This document shows positions 11,982-30,425 of a stretch of DNA of 64,000 nucleotides, piece after piece (the first letter of the stretch is position 1; every line of letters begins with the position of its first letter). The stretch lies in the NCBI RefSeq assembly GCF_003704095.1, contig NW_020844403.1, positions 1-64,000 of the forward strand, in the 5' to 3' direction. The position numbers were made by a program, and so were the translations under genes. This stretch comes from Pocillopora damicornis (taxonomy: Eukaryota). The notes beneath the pieces are model-generated. The model did no database searches. It was not told where the DNA came from and was given only the letters and a program-made list of their open reading frames with translations.

Positions 11982-14018
11982 CTTTGGGACTGAGAGATAA
12001 GTTTTTCTTCAACAGCCAGCACTTCGGCTCTGACTCTTGAGACTTGCTATACTTTTATAAAAAAAAAAACACACCCTATTATTAACATATATATTAAAAT
12101 CATTCTATTAAAAATCACCATGAATTATAAGGAAAGAAAATTACTGCCAATTGGTACTAAAAAACCTTCTCCCGACTATAGCTGAGATAGGTTTTAGTTT
12201 CAAGCAACCGTTGTTTGGAAAAACTATTGTTTCTCAATTTCTCTCAAAACTATATCGATAGTTAAGTTATGGAGTGGACACGCATCGAGAAAATAATTTA
12301 TTCCCGTCACGAAAACTTTAATCTTTACATTTTCATGTCCATCGTTTAAATTTGCGATGACTCAATTTCTGGATTTTTCTTTCATAATTCTATGATTTAC
12401 AAGTCAATAAATTCAATTTTTTTAATCATTTCCAGTCATTTCTTTTTGTGTGTTTGTGTCTTTTGGGGTCTTAATGCGAAATTTTGTGCTATTACCGCAT
12501 TGAAGAGGGTCTAAATGAGATAATGGCTTTTACAGCTGATGGTTTAAAGTTTGACCATTTTATGGCTTGAGGTCAATTTGTTTTCGTTTATACGTGTAAA
12601 AAAAAAAATTGTTACAGAAAACTCTTTTTACGACTAAAGGGCCAGGTTTGTCAATTTTTTACGCCTAACGGCTAAATTTGTTGCCATTTTACGGCTAACG
12701 ACTAACCCCATCATATTTAAACTTTCAATAAAGTCGCAAAAATTCATGATATCTTTGGAATAAATCCACTCTATCGTAAAAAACTCTCAGGATGACGGTG
12801 AAAAAAGTGTAGAGGAGCAGCTGTTGTTTCCTTTCACCCGCTAGTGAGTAATATTCGAACAATAAGAGAGGTGAGTTCTAGTAAAAAAAATAAAAAAGAA
12901 TCCAAATGCAAATATAGAAGAAAATCTAAAGAATGATTTTAGGATTGAATTTGAGAGCCTTAATATCTAAAATTTAGCGCAACCCCATCATTCGATCACC
13001 ATTTCATGTGCCGTTAGCAAATAGATATCTCTGTCGTTCCTTACCTTATAGCCTTGATTGTAAGACGTTTGATAACTGTTGTAATAACGGATTTCCAAAA
13101 CAAGTTTTTAAATATTAGAATACAGTTAAGGCTCGACCATCATATGAACCTCGCTAGGCTGCAAATTCAGCCGGTCCTTCTGGTGAAAGCAAGATTAATT
13201 GAAATTCCATACCAGTTTGCAAACACTGAAATCCACATTACTTATACCAGACTTCGGCTTTGACTTGAAATGTCTTTTGATGATAACTGCTTGCGATATA
13301 AATTTCATTAGTCTGAACGCAATTAACTAGTTTTCTTAAGTAGTATACCGCAGTTCTCAAAACAAAGTCTCGGAAAAAAATATTGTAACATCCTACCGCG
13401 AACAAAAAGTTATTATTTGTTTTTAACATAACTCTTCTGGGTAGGCCCGAACAATTAAAGGATATCAATTCAATAAGCTTTGACCAATGATTGTATAGTT
13501 GAGGCTTATGTAAGAAAACAGCTTGCTTTGTTTAAAGTATGACATGCCGCTTCTCAGTAGTGTGTTATTATTCGTTAAGATGTGTTTAACACGGCAGTTC
13601 TGAAAGCTATCAAGGTCGCCAAATGAATAATCTTACGCCATGAACATAAAAGATTCAAAGACCAGTTGTGATTATTGCCTCGAATGATGCCAAAACAATG
13701 AATGAATGTTATTGTTTTGAGTCTGAGTCTGCATAACCTCTCAAGGCACGAGTTAGGTTGGAAGATCTAGAGAAAGTTGTACAAACCCGAGACGCCGCTC
13801 AGGGTTTGCATAAATTTCTAGAATTCTCCCAACCCCGCGGGTGTTTAGAAAGATTATGTAAACATGAAAAGAGTCCTGTATTACTTTTCTGAAATATTTC
13901 TAAAATTATTCGTCAAATTAAGACACGAAGTGTCAAGTGCAACGCTGTTTACACACTCTCATCTAAAATCACCTATCGACTAATGAGAGTGCGTGCGCTA
14001 TCTTAGATATTTTATAGA

Positions 14019-14445
14019 TACAGTACCACCTCGAAAAAGCGCCCACGCTCTATAGCCAATAAGCGCCTTTATTCTCCAGAATAAGCACCAATCCCTGAGC
14101 CATAAGGTCACAAACAACCGCCCCCCTCAAATAAGTACCCCCCGCAATCTCCCTTACTTTCTTAAATGAGTAGGGATAGAAGGAAAACCTGTTTCTATTG
14201 TCGCTTAATTTACATTTTCTCTATTGAACTAAGTGTCTACATAGATAATTTGTTATAGAAAACGTAGGAGCTTTTGTTATCCTCTTACAGATATCATGGC
14301 GCCAAAATATAGTTAAAGTTTGTCGAAAGGAAAACTTAATGAGCGCCCCCTCGATTAAGCGTCCTCCTTCCAATTAAGCACTCCTCCTCAGTGTTGGGCG
14401 AAATTTTAAACAAACGCACGGTTGCTTATTCGAGAAAATACGGTA
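14019..14445. mobile_element. Tc1/mariner-type MITE (degenerate)
   Basis: Imperfect terminal inverted repeats ta|cagtaccacctcgaaaaagc ... gcttattcgagaaaatacgg|ta, with internal repeated ataagcgcc-like motifs. Confidence 0.55.
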
Positions 14446-14957
14446 GTTGCAGCAACCTTGAGGGTGCGCATGAAATGAATATACAGTTGCTCAAAAGGAT
14501 AAATTGAAAGTGGGTTTACGATCACACGATAATCAAAGATGGCGAGATCGGAAGTTACTTCTGTTCTTTCTCACAATATAAACAATATTTTTTCGGTAAT
14601 TCAAGGATATTATTTTTCAAACTCAAATACACTATACAACTCGCCTTTTTTTTTTATTGCAAAACTTGAAGAAAAGCGGTGGATATACCAAATATTGTGA
14701 AATTCAACGTATGCTAGTTTCCATTTGGACTTTAAGACCCTAATTTTTTACACGACAACGAGTTTCTCATCTTTGATCTAGCTTATGGAGCAGATCAAGA
14801 GCTTGTGTGCATCCTTTAGTGTGTATGCATTTTGTGCGCATTTTTCATCTAGTTTCGTTTACTTTTTTACTATCTTGCTTAAATTCTGCCTCAATTATTT
14901 TTCAGTTGACACTTTTCAAATGAAACGTGCTTCAGTTTTTACATGCCAAACTAGATC

Positions 14958-15025
14958 AATGAAAGTTTAATTTTTCATGCAAAATGAAGTTTAATTTTTC
15001 ATGTAAAATGAAGTTTAATTTTTCA
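14958..15025. repeat. Short tandem repeat, ~23 bp x3
   Basis: aatgaa(a)gtttaatttttca occurs three times. Confidence 0.8.
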
Positions 15026-15258
15026 GCTGTTTCAAAGCATTTATTGACCAGTGCCAGGATCACATGAAACGAACGTCGTGGCCCAGCGCCCGCTCGGCCC
15101 ATGCGCGATGGCACGAGCAGTCTCGAAAATGGCNNNNNNNNNNAGAGACGGGCTGCGAGAAGAGGCAAGTAAGGAGAGGGGATGAAGGAAGAGAGGAATA
15201 ACTGCAGAGGATTCAAATGAAAAACTGCACTGTTCGCTAAGACGTGATAAATATTTAT

Positions 15259-20340
<5,082 letters not shown>

Positions 20341-22118
20341 GGTAAAAATTGCTGAACAGCTCTAGTGTGAGACAACAAGTGTTCAACTGTGTTTGATTTC
20401 TCAAAGGGTGTGGCAGCATCAATATTTGATTCCCACAAAAAGAGCTTCGTTTTTTTCTTTCTTAGTTAAGTATTAATCAATTCCCCATATGGTAAAAGCA
20501 CTCTTTTCATTGGCGAGTTCGACAACTGCGGGCAATCGAACAAAATGATCCATTCATCGACAGCTGGCTTGAATGAATGAATTATTCCTTTTTTACTAAT
20601 TAGATTAAAAGGACAAATGTTTGCATATTAAGATTTTGTGGGTTAAAAAACTTAGTTCATGGCGGTTTATCAAACACTGGTGAATGAGTTTTTGGCTTCT
20701 CAATTCACAGCCAGAAAATTTGCTATCAAAGTTTCTCTGTAATAAATTAAGATTGAAAATTAAACACATCAAAATCAAATTTCTCCAACGTTACTACAAA
20801 AAAAAAGGAGTGTTTTGATTTCTCAGTTTGTAATGAAACGGGTATGACGCTTGTTAGGAGATATACAAAATTTGTAGATAGAATTTTCCTCAGTTTATCG
20901 AAATTTAAATAACATAAATTGGTGGAGCGTTGTTGGAAAGGCTTGAGAGGCTCGAGTTCATAACCAGATGCTACATGAAAATTACGTAAAGCTTTGCAAA
21001 TGAACCCGGTTTTACCTACCTGTCTTTTTTTGCATTACACAGGTACTTTCGTACGCTCGGCAGCTTAAATCTCGCACGGTTTGCCGCTCGTAAGAGCAAT
21101 ACTAATGAATCTTTGCTACGACCACCTTCTGCATCGACTCATAGCTCCGTGCTTGGCCTGCTTCAAAATTTCCTTTCCACTTGCGGTCCCCTCTTTCAAG
21201 TGTCTACCATTGATGAAAAAAAGTGCAAAGCAACCGGATTTCCGATATGTGATGTTTAGCAATTAAAACTCACAGCAGTTTCAATAAAAGCTAGTGATCA
21301 GCAGTCTACCGTTGCCTACGGAACCCCTTGAAGTGTGTTGAGCCTGCGAGCGCTCTCGCGTTTGGGTTTCGCCTCTCCGAGCACAGACGCTTAGATAACT
21401 GGAAAAAAGCATTGAAAACCCTGCCTTGCATGCAGAAGAGAGTGTTCTGCTGCTGCTCGAAATCTCTTCCTAGGCAATAAACTTATTCCCTTTCAATAAT
21501 GGCCGATATTACCAGGTGGGTCTATGCATACGCGTGAACTTCTCATGCTTTCCGTGATTTATCGTGAACGTTCTCAAAAAGTGACTCATCAAGACTTAAT
21601 TACAACAATTTATAATGGTTTGGAAAAATACTCGCACGATTTATTCTAACCAGTTATTCACAACGCCTGTGACAGATGAATTGCATATCAGTCGGTTCTT
21701 GAATGACTGATTGTTAAAATTTGAACTTAAATTTCAAGTGCATGTAATAAATTCGGTTATGCAGTCTATTCGTTATTGGCTAATCAGGAAGGAGATATTT
21801 GGTAAAGTATATTAAACAATAAACTACTCACTTTAATCTTAAAACGCTCCGCTTCACCAATTGAAAACACAGTTGTTAACACATGATTTCAAAGAATTTT
21901 TCAGTCTGGTCGATACGTGGAGTTCTGCGACAATTTATGTGTGAGAAACACATTTGCTCATGTACATGACACAACAAAATTTCCCGATGAATACTTTTTT
22001 TCAGTTGCGTTAGTGTAACAGTGCAAATAAACTCTAAATTCGTTCCGATTCGCGCCGGGATTCACCCGAGAAAACACTGGTGTCCCTTCTGTGCGCTATC
22101 CTTCCCTTTATAGGAGGC

Positions 22119-25100
22119 CTATTTTAATTGAAGGCTTGTCTTATTTCTTTCATCCCTAGAATGCCTAGCTGTCGTGATGTCTCTCGAATGTCTCCTTGTC
22201 TCACTATGACGCCTGTCCGTTTTATGATCTCTCGAGTGTCTGTGGCTATCATGATGTCTCTGCTCATCTGCTACACTTTCCTTGGAGTGTCTGTGTGCCT
22301 TAATATCGTCTAAGCGTCTGTTTGAATCTCTGCGATCGTGGATGTCTTTTTCTGCATCTCTGGACCGCCTGTGTTTATCCCCGTGATGTTTATCTGTGTC
22401 TGAATTGTTCCTCTTTCTGTCCTTTTCGCCTAAATCCCTTTCTGCTGATTCTCTCGACTTTCTCCTTTTTTCATCATTCTTTGATTTCTTCCCCGCTTTT
22501 CTTTCTACGGCGTCAGAGGAATCACTTTCGGAATGATATCCCATTTTGCTCTGCTTACTTAACTCTTCCTCGCTGTCAGATGAAGAATTTCGTTTCCTCT
22601 TCCTCTTCTTCTTCTTTTTACGTTTCTTATGGCCACTTTGTGCCTCCATTTCCTCCCGTTCAAGTTTATCCAATTTTCTGTACGAAAACAGAATCACATA
22701 AATTTTTCAGCAATATTAGAGTAAAGAAAGCTGAGATTTCGTCTTTCACCTCAAATTACATTTGACAAGCGTGAGAAGTAGAACGAATTCCATTCTAGAA
22801 TACGAGGCGCGATAAACATTGGCAAAATCTCTTGGTTTTCGTTCTGTTCTGTTCTGTTTTTCTTTTTGTTTTTTTCTGTCGAGATGTTCAAGATTGTGCA
22901 TGCCCCTCCCATTAAGCTTCGTAGAAGAAAAGGCGAAATAAGAGAATTCCACAAATGAAGTCAAACCTCAGTAATTTCTTCTTTTGTTTCTCCGTTAGAG
23001 AAGCTAAGAAAGCGGCTTCTGCGTCGTCTTCACCTTCGTCATCAGATGCCACAATTTGCTGCAAAAACAGACAAAATATCTCATTAAAGGAATCACTCTT
23101 AACTACAACCGCTGTTGCCAAGAACAAATTCGGCCTGTCAATTGTAAGCGGTATTCTTCGCGCGACAAGTGCCAGCCCGTGACCACCCGCCAAAATGGCG
23201 GTAAACAAGAAAAGTTTAAGTGTCTGAAAGGATAATGAAAGTCAAAAAACGATAGTTTGCTGTTAGGGAACCCATCAAAACGATATCATCTTTGTTCTGC
23301 TTTCAGTTTTCAGTTATTAAGATTTCAGGCACTCTGCAAACAAAAACGAAATGATTCTTAGACTGGAAAGCATTCCTCACCTGATTTGGGTCACTGGGAT
23401 CAAAGACACGTCCTAACACATTTTGTTTCAATGTTAGGCCTTCAGATTGCATGTCCTTTAAAAGCCTCATGGGGTCTGCAATGTCTGTAAGAAAAGGTAT
23501 CCAACAAAAAGGTTAGAAAATTGTCTGATTCCGAAGAAAAATGTCCCTGTATGCTTTTCATGAACTAGACTATGTTTATCTATTCGTCAAACAACATAGT
23601 GATACGCTTTCACATTAATTTTGCAGAAAAAAGACGTAACCCTAGGGCTGACTCAATCCTGATGCCAGACAACGATAATGATTTTTTTCTTCTTTGCGTT
23701 CGGGCATTGACGTAAACGAGAAACTGTGCCCGCTCTTAAGATACATTAAAGTTCACAAGGCAACCAGGTGGACAATCAGACATGGTTTGATGCTACTCTG
23801 GTTTAAAGATTTAATGAATGTAACCGAGAAGTCACAATTCATAGACTTAAAGTTTCGACACTCCTGTCTAGTGCTTTCATCAGGGGCGATCTAATCGCTG
23901 CAACGAGAGGTCTTTTTGTAATTGCTTACTAATTAGCTGCCCTTTTTTCTGACGAGGTGTAAATAGGCGTCAGGTACTATGCCGCCATTGAAATACACAT
24001 GACAGCGATACTTAGCAATGCTCAGTTTGAAGAACTGGGGCATGAATTTCGAACGCTGTCCGTTTTTGAGCCGGCTGACGCTGTTGTACACGACCTCATT
24101 GTGTTCAAAGGGCAGCATGATGTGACGTATTGTGTGGCAACGGGCGCAGCGTAAAAGACTATCGATGGTATGTGTGAAGGGTTTTTTCCTCTAATGTAGG
24201 GAACGTTTGTATTACACGGCAACGCGTTAAGTGAATACAGAAATCTTCAAACCTGTGATAAGACTTGGATCAACATTGGCATTTTTACTTTTGTTGAACA
24301 GCGGGCACTAGAAAAAGCAAAACAAGGCACGATTTTAAAATTACACCCATCGCATTGTGACTGGGTATAAAAATAATAATAAGAGATTTCTCCTAGTCAA
24401 TCTCCTGAAGGGACAACCATGCAACCTCGCCTTGTAGTATCGATAAATTTCCTTGCAAACAAATGATAACAATCAACACTCATCAACTAAAAGGTGTTAT
24501 CTTCATTAACACGTATCCACAAATTCTCTTAATTTATATACAAACAAATTTATGAAATATGGAAGGGAGATAAACTATTATGTTAAGCATAAATTGTGAC
24601 TTAAGCACGTGAAGAGCACACTCCAGATCCCCGCTTGGCACATGCTGTACCTCACAGACACCCCAATCAAACATCACAGTCACACGAGCAAAGTCCTAGG
24701 AGTCATTTTCTTTCTAACTTCAAACAGATATCCCCTTCATAAATAATTATACATTCAGGTAACACATCTGCTGAGATCAGATCAAAGGAGATAAGATAGA
24801 AGAAAATAACGAACGTTAGAGTATGATGCCCTACTAGCCTACCTCTCTGTCTGTGTTGATGTGACCCCACTTCCCACATTTAATGCACTTGACATTGCGA
24901 ACCTACACCAGATTAAGAAATAAACGTGAGCCATAGATACATGTGTACTTTACAGAATTAGAACTAAAGGATAAAATTTGTTAAGAATAAGAAAGATGAT
25001 AAATTTTGAGCTTGGTAAAGAAATAGAGAAAGATGTTTTTCATCTTTTCTTGTCACAAGCGTGGGACAAAGAAAATAATCTGAGTCCTCATGGGTTGACA

Positions 25101-27621
25101 TTGCTGATCCTAACGTTATCCTGGACGTGTGCCTTGCTCACCATGGAGTCTCTGTGGCTCAGTGATAGAGCATGGGAGAGTGGAATCTGAAGGTCTGAGG
25201 GTCAATTCCTCATGGAATTTTCTTATTTTTCCATGCTTGTGACAAGAGGATGAAATTTGTACCAAAACAGCACATATATGAGAGAACAAGAAAGGATCAA
25301 AAGCATGACAGGCTTACAGCAATCCCAAAGGGCTGATCCCGGGCTTCAATGCCCAAACTCTTGGCATACCTGTAATAAAAAAAAAAAGGAAAAAGGTTTT
25401 GCAGTGAAGAAATTTAGCAACTTTAGAGCCGTATGTCTTCTTCTATCTTTAGGTCATTAGGGTACATACGCCTCTCTTGGGGCTCCACGCTGCCATTCAA
25501 ATTTCACATCTCCCTCATCCTCTTCTGGTACCTTTAGAAAAAGACAAAAAAATCACTTAATACCTCTAAGAAAACAATTACCTGTGTGATCAGTTTAATT
25601 ATAGTGGCATAACAATGCATTTTAAAAGTATAAACGCCATTCTAAAAATTCTTTCTCCAATAGCGAGATTCCTGACTGCAGATTTCAGTACTGGTAAAGA
25701 TCCTTGGTACCATTACTGTACAATATAACAGGGTTTAAATTTATTGACTACATGTATCAAATTCTTTTCTCGTTAAGAAGATTACTTTACATGAACATGT
25801 TGCAGTATTAAACATGTACACCTGTCATGTTCATTACCTAATGTGCAACACTCAAGTTTACCTTCTGATCTAAAATGAGTAATCACAGCAGCAGCATTTG
25901 ATTCATGTGCAAAAAGAAACAAATAAAAAGAGAGGCATCCATGAGTGCATTTGTTCAAATAAACAAGTTGTGGTTCAAATATTGTTTTGATTTAAAATAT
26001 GACAATGATTACAACATAAATGGGAACAAAATTCAAACTGATTTAAAAACAAATAATTTGCCAAAGATATTCAAACACTAGAACCCTATTAATTTTTTCT
26101 AATTTTATTTGTGGTGTTTTAAAGCATTTCTTTATGTGTATAATTCGTTTTTTTTTTTTCATTTTGATGAAATGCACAATATTGTAGAATTTCCCATACT
26201 CACATAGTACAAGAAGCTAGTTTTAAACTTCAGTCTCTTTTCTTAAGAATGCTAAATCTAGACTTCACTCTACAATGACATTTCACAAAACAGTAACCTT
26301 TGTTGAAACCAGGAGGAGCATCATATAAGAAATCTAAGCCAGACTTGATTCTTTCATCATTGCTGATGGCTTGCCTGGTGAAAAAGAGAAGTTATCAATT
26401 TAGACAGTGGGGTGTTAAATTTCATCTGCTCATATTCAGGGTTGTAGCTAAGATTTCACACTGCTGGCTGAAATTTGAAGTGAGGTGGCTCAAAGATATC
26501 AAATGATTTTAAGTGCATAACATCAAATCTGTTCATTTTGCATTACCAAGCAATCACCAGCACAAAATCCAGCTTGTGATTGCTGCTTTTTCATCCTGCA
26601 AATTTTTGCCAGCAGCTGGTGATTAGCAACAATCTTGTACATGATTGTGAAACCACAGACAAATCAAAAGGTATTTCAATAGATTAGTGACCCTTTAAAG
26701 ATGCATGTAAAGTGGATTGCTTTCTAAGAAGATTTTGCTATAAATTATTAGAACCCAGAAGAAACACTCACTAGTAATTGTGTGGTCTGATTGACTGGGT
26801 GAGCGTAGTCCGAGAAGGACAGTGGTAGGAAACAGTGACTAACATTGTCACAACTACAGTAACAGTAATCATCAGACTTTCCATGTTTTCTTTAGCTACA
26901 GCAACACATTGTTATTTATGCCAGATTTAAAACATTCAGCAAATTTCTGATAGGTATCTAGTAATTTATATTTTCTAATTAAACTTTGTACCTGTTCTTG
27001 AATCTTTCTTGTTCCTTATTATATTGGAGCTCTAGTTCTTTTTCTTTCTGCTGGGAAGCAAGCAGTTTTTGCTCTGCCATCCATACCTATTACAAAGGTA
27101 CCCAAAGCAATTGCAATATGTGAAATTTCTGAACAATTAGATAATTATGAAAGGATCCCAAGTCAAGTCTAATATATATTTCTAACAGTGTGCAATTAAG
27201 AAAAAAAAATCAGAAATAATTTTGACAAAAAGCAACTATCATTGTTGAAGTCACTTACAAGAAATTGACCAATCTGAATACAGAAAACGAGCAATGAATA
27301 CCACCTTCACCCTTAGTCATCTTTGCTTGCCTTGTTACTAAATTTAACACTGTTTCAAACAGTTTAATTGATCATAAGTTCGAATCATTGTTCGTTTCCA
27401 ACAACTTCCGTGATTGGTTACTCATGTCTCAATTATTCTGGCGGTAGTAGTGGCACTATGAAACGTGTTTGCGTGCTTAAGATGGAAAGATTGTGCGTTT
27501 AAGGGAAAAGAAAGAATAATGCGCGTGTTTACGTTTACTGAGCAGGTCTCCAAATTACCCTTTTGATGTTAGCCTTAGAGCCTGGGTGGAAATCCTTCTT
27601 GTTCATAAACTTGGCAAACAT
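22119..27621 (-). CDS. CIR1: Corepressor interacting with RBPJ 1 (CIR1), 11 exons, 408 aa
   Basis: N-terminal [28 protein letters not shown] (Cir_N), [38 protein letters not shown] zinc knuckle, K/R/S/H-rich tail. Exons 27621-27559, 27086-26992, 26374-26298, 25869-25862, 25531-25470, 25369-25318, 24902-24843, 24307-24253, 23484-23381, 23058-22967, 22677-22119. Confidence 0.93.
23745..23975. repeat. ~230 bp interspersed repeat in a CIR1 intron
   Basis: Close copies at ~35829-36055 and, inverted, at ~36283-36423. Confidence 0.85.
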
Positions 27622-28065
27622 CTTGAAGGTTGCACAGTATTGCAGGGGGAAAGTATAAAATAACGCAGTACTGAGTAAGTTTTGTAAAACTAGAATGGTT
27701 TAGACGTTAAAGCAAGGATGCTCAACTTCTCCGCCATTTTAATTTTTATATTGCAAGGTTACCTGGGATGTTTGTGTTTGCAGCAGTGCCAGGTCCTCTC
27801 CAAAATACGTTCGAAATAACCAATATGTCTGCCATTTCCGATAAGGAGTGAAACAAGAAGAGGTATGAATGCGATTCTTGAGATTTTTTTCGCGGTGAAA
27901 AAGCATTAAAAAATCATGAATTACCGCTACAAACTTAAACTAAACTATAAACATCTCCGAAGCTCAACTCTACGCATTCACTTTAAAGCCCAGACGGCGA
28001 TTTGTGACTGAACGAGGAAGTAAAAAGACCTGTCAAAGCTGGGAACGCGCGTGTAACAAACCAAC
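27622..28065. promoter_or_regulatory. Short divergent (likely bidirectional) promoter between CIR1 and the oxygenase gene
   Basis: 444 bp between the two ATGs. YY1-type CCGCCATTTT at 27731-27740. Confidence 0.6.
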
Positions 28066-30425
28066 ATGTTGGCTATTTCCGAGGAGGATTTAAACAGGAA
28101 GAGGCTTGAATGCGACCCTCTGGCGGATAATGCGATGGAAGAGGTAGCGAGAGTTCGCGGTGAAAAAGCAATAAAAGGTCATTACGTACTTAGGGCTGTC
28201 CAAGATCTTGGAAGACTCTCTGAGGATTCCCATTGCGCGAGATTTATCGAATTCTATGAACAAGAACCTCCATGGGAAGTTGATTGGCAAATGTGGGAGT
28301 TAGGAAGGCGGGTATTTGTCCGAAACAGTGTCTTTGCCGGCCTTGTTCTCATGTATGGTAGTCTTGTTTCCTCATTCACCGCTGCCTATGGGAATAAGGT
28401 ACATATATTATTATTTTGACTTTACCTCTATAGACTGTGTGATCAGTGGTTGGATAATTTTGGTGTCATATTGGACACCAACATAATTATTATGGTTTTG
28501 ACACATCGTAAAATTTTTGTGCACATGTACGCTTTCCAAACACACATAGATATCCGTCAGAGTGATCAATTAGCAACGAACTCTAAAAACCACTGTTCTT
28601 CAACTAGACGTCAGTGACACGACTAATAATTTTATCATTTATGTATTTTTGTTTAAATATTATGTAACAGGTGTTGTCAGCTACAGGACGCATTTCCCCT
28701 AACGGAGATGTTCGCCGAAGACTGTTTGAGACCCTTTTCTTTGTGAGGGCTGTTGTTCTTGGTTCGTCGAGTGAAATTAAAGAGGCCTGCATGAGGGTGC
28801 GTCTGCTCCATGCTGCTGTACGCCGTCACCTTCTTCATCGTGACGGTGGGTGGGAAATTGAAAATGTAGGTATAATTTAGTTAAATTACCTTGTACCACC
28901 GAAAGAACTTGACTGCGTTTTGTTGTTGTTGAACAACACGTGATCCTTTCAAGGAAATCTAAATCATGCTTACTCTTAGCCCTTTCACCTCTAAGATCTT
29001 AGTAGTAATTCTCCTTACTGTCTGTCAAACAACTCATACGATGTTAGCTGGAGAATTTGGTATTGGATCAGTTACTAGTAATAATACCCTAATTGATAAT
29101 TTTCTTTAGTCTCAATACTTCTTTGCCTTTGTCTTTTTCTCCAGTTTGGATGTCCAATCAACCAAGAGGATTTAGCTGGTACATTGTCTACATTTTCATC
29201 TGTTGTAGTTGATGGACTAGAAATTCTTGGTGTTTCTTTGTCAAAAACTGAAAAGGATGCTTACCAAACTTTGTGGAAATATGTTGGTTTTTATCTGGGT
29301 AAGTAAGCACAGAGAGTGATTGGGCCATAATTTAAGAAGTGAAGTTGTTGCAATTGAGTGTCGCAAAGTACCCTTTTATGTATGCCGTCACATCACAAGT
29401 GTCTACATGGTATAAAAAGTTGTCTTGACACTTTTTAAATATTACCAGAAGCATATAATCTTGGTTATATGCTTCTAGTGGTTGAGAAAAATTAACACAC
29501 ATTTCTTCCTTCGGCACGTTAACTCCCAGAAGTGATTAACAGGTAACTTCGCCCTATAATATCCATTCATTATCTAGCAAACAGGAATACTTAAATTTAT
29601 CTGGTGGAAGTTGTTATCTTGATCTAACACCATCACAGGGAAATGTACAGCTTTTAGAGGGGAGATTTAACAATCAGATCTTGGGAGTTGAGGGTTTTGA
29701 AAAAAAATTCTGACTAAGGTAAAGGTTACAACCATTTAAGCATTTTTTGTTGAGGAATGACAAATTTGTTGAAAAATTTGCAATTTCATTGAATTCAACT
29801 ATTTTCTTAGCATAAATGTAAATGCATTATAGTGTAAATATAAGTCATCAAAGCTAGTATAAATACTGTCTGCTCTTTGAAACAAGCACCTTTGAGAATG
29901 GCTCTTGAAGGTTCTGTCTGCCAGATGTGTTTGCTGTAAGAAGAGACATGGGTATAATTTAGTACTGATTCAGAGCATGTACCCTAAGAGTTAGTGTTGT
30001 CTATTCTAGGAATGACAAGTGATTTACTATGTGACAACTATGAAGAAGAATGGAAACTGTGCAATATGATAAGAGTGCGACAGTGCAAACCAGACCCTGA
30101 TTCAGTGGTGTTGACTGAGGCACTTTTACAGGAATTTGCGAGCAAAAATCCCTTTTATCTCAGTTACAATTTCTCAAGCAGTTTATCAAGACACTTCATT
30201 GGAGATGATCTTGCAGATGAGCTTGGCCTTTCAAGATTTAACATGCTCAGTCAAGTTATTATGAATTTGTTATACTGGATTCTCAGAACATCATGTTTCA
30301 CTCAAAGGAGAGTTTCTTTTCTTGAGCATGGGCTGTATAAATTTGGAAAGTATGCCCTGAATACAATAGTTCACCTCTCCTTAGGAGGCAGGGAACCTTC
30401 TTTCATCATGAAGGTGTATTCTTGA
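28066..30425 (+). CDS. Lcp/MpaB-type (rubber oxygenase / ER-bound oxygenase, DUF2236) heme protein, 4 exons, 365 aa
   Basis: Exons 28066-28398, 28671-28865, 29145-29298, 30010-30425, all GT-AG and in frame. Motifs DPLAD, RRLFET, RVRLLHAAVR, PINQEDLAGT, LWKYVGFYLG. Confidence 0.85.

Noticed and set aside
22128-22765. Plus-strand ORFs over CIR1
   Set aside because: Antisense shadows of the repetitive last CIR1 exon.
23933-24222. Short minus-strand ORFs in a CIR1 intron (possible retroelement remnant)
   Set aside because: Only a weak YAAPV resemblance, which is insufficient to call.
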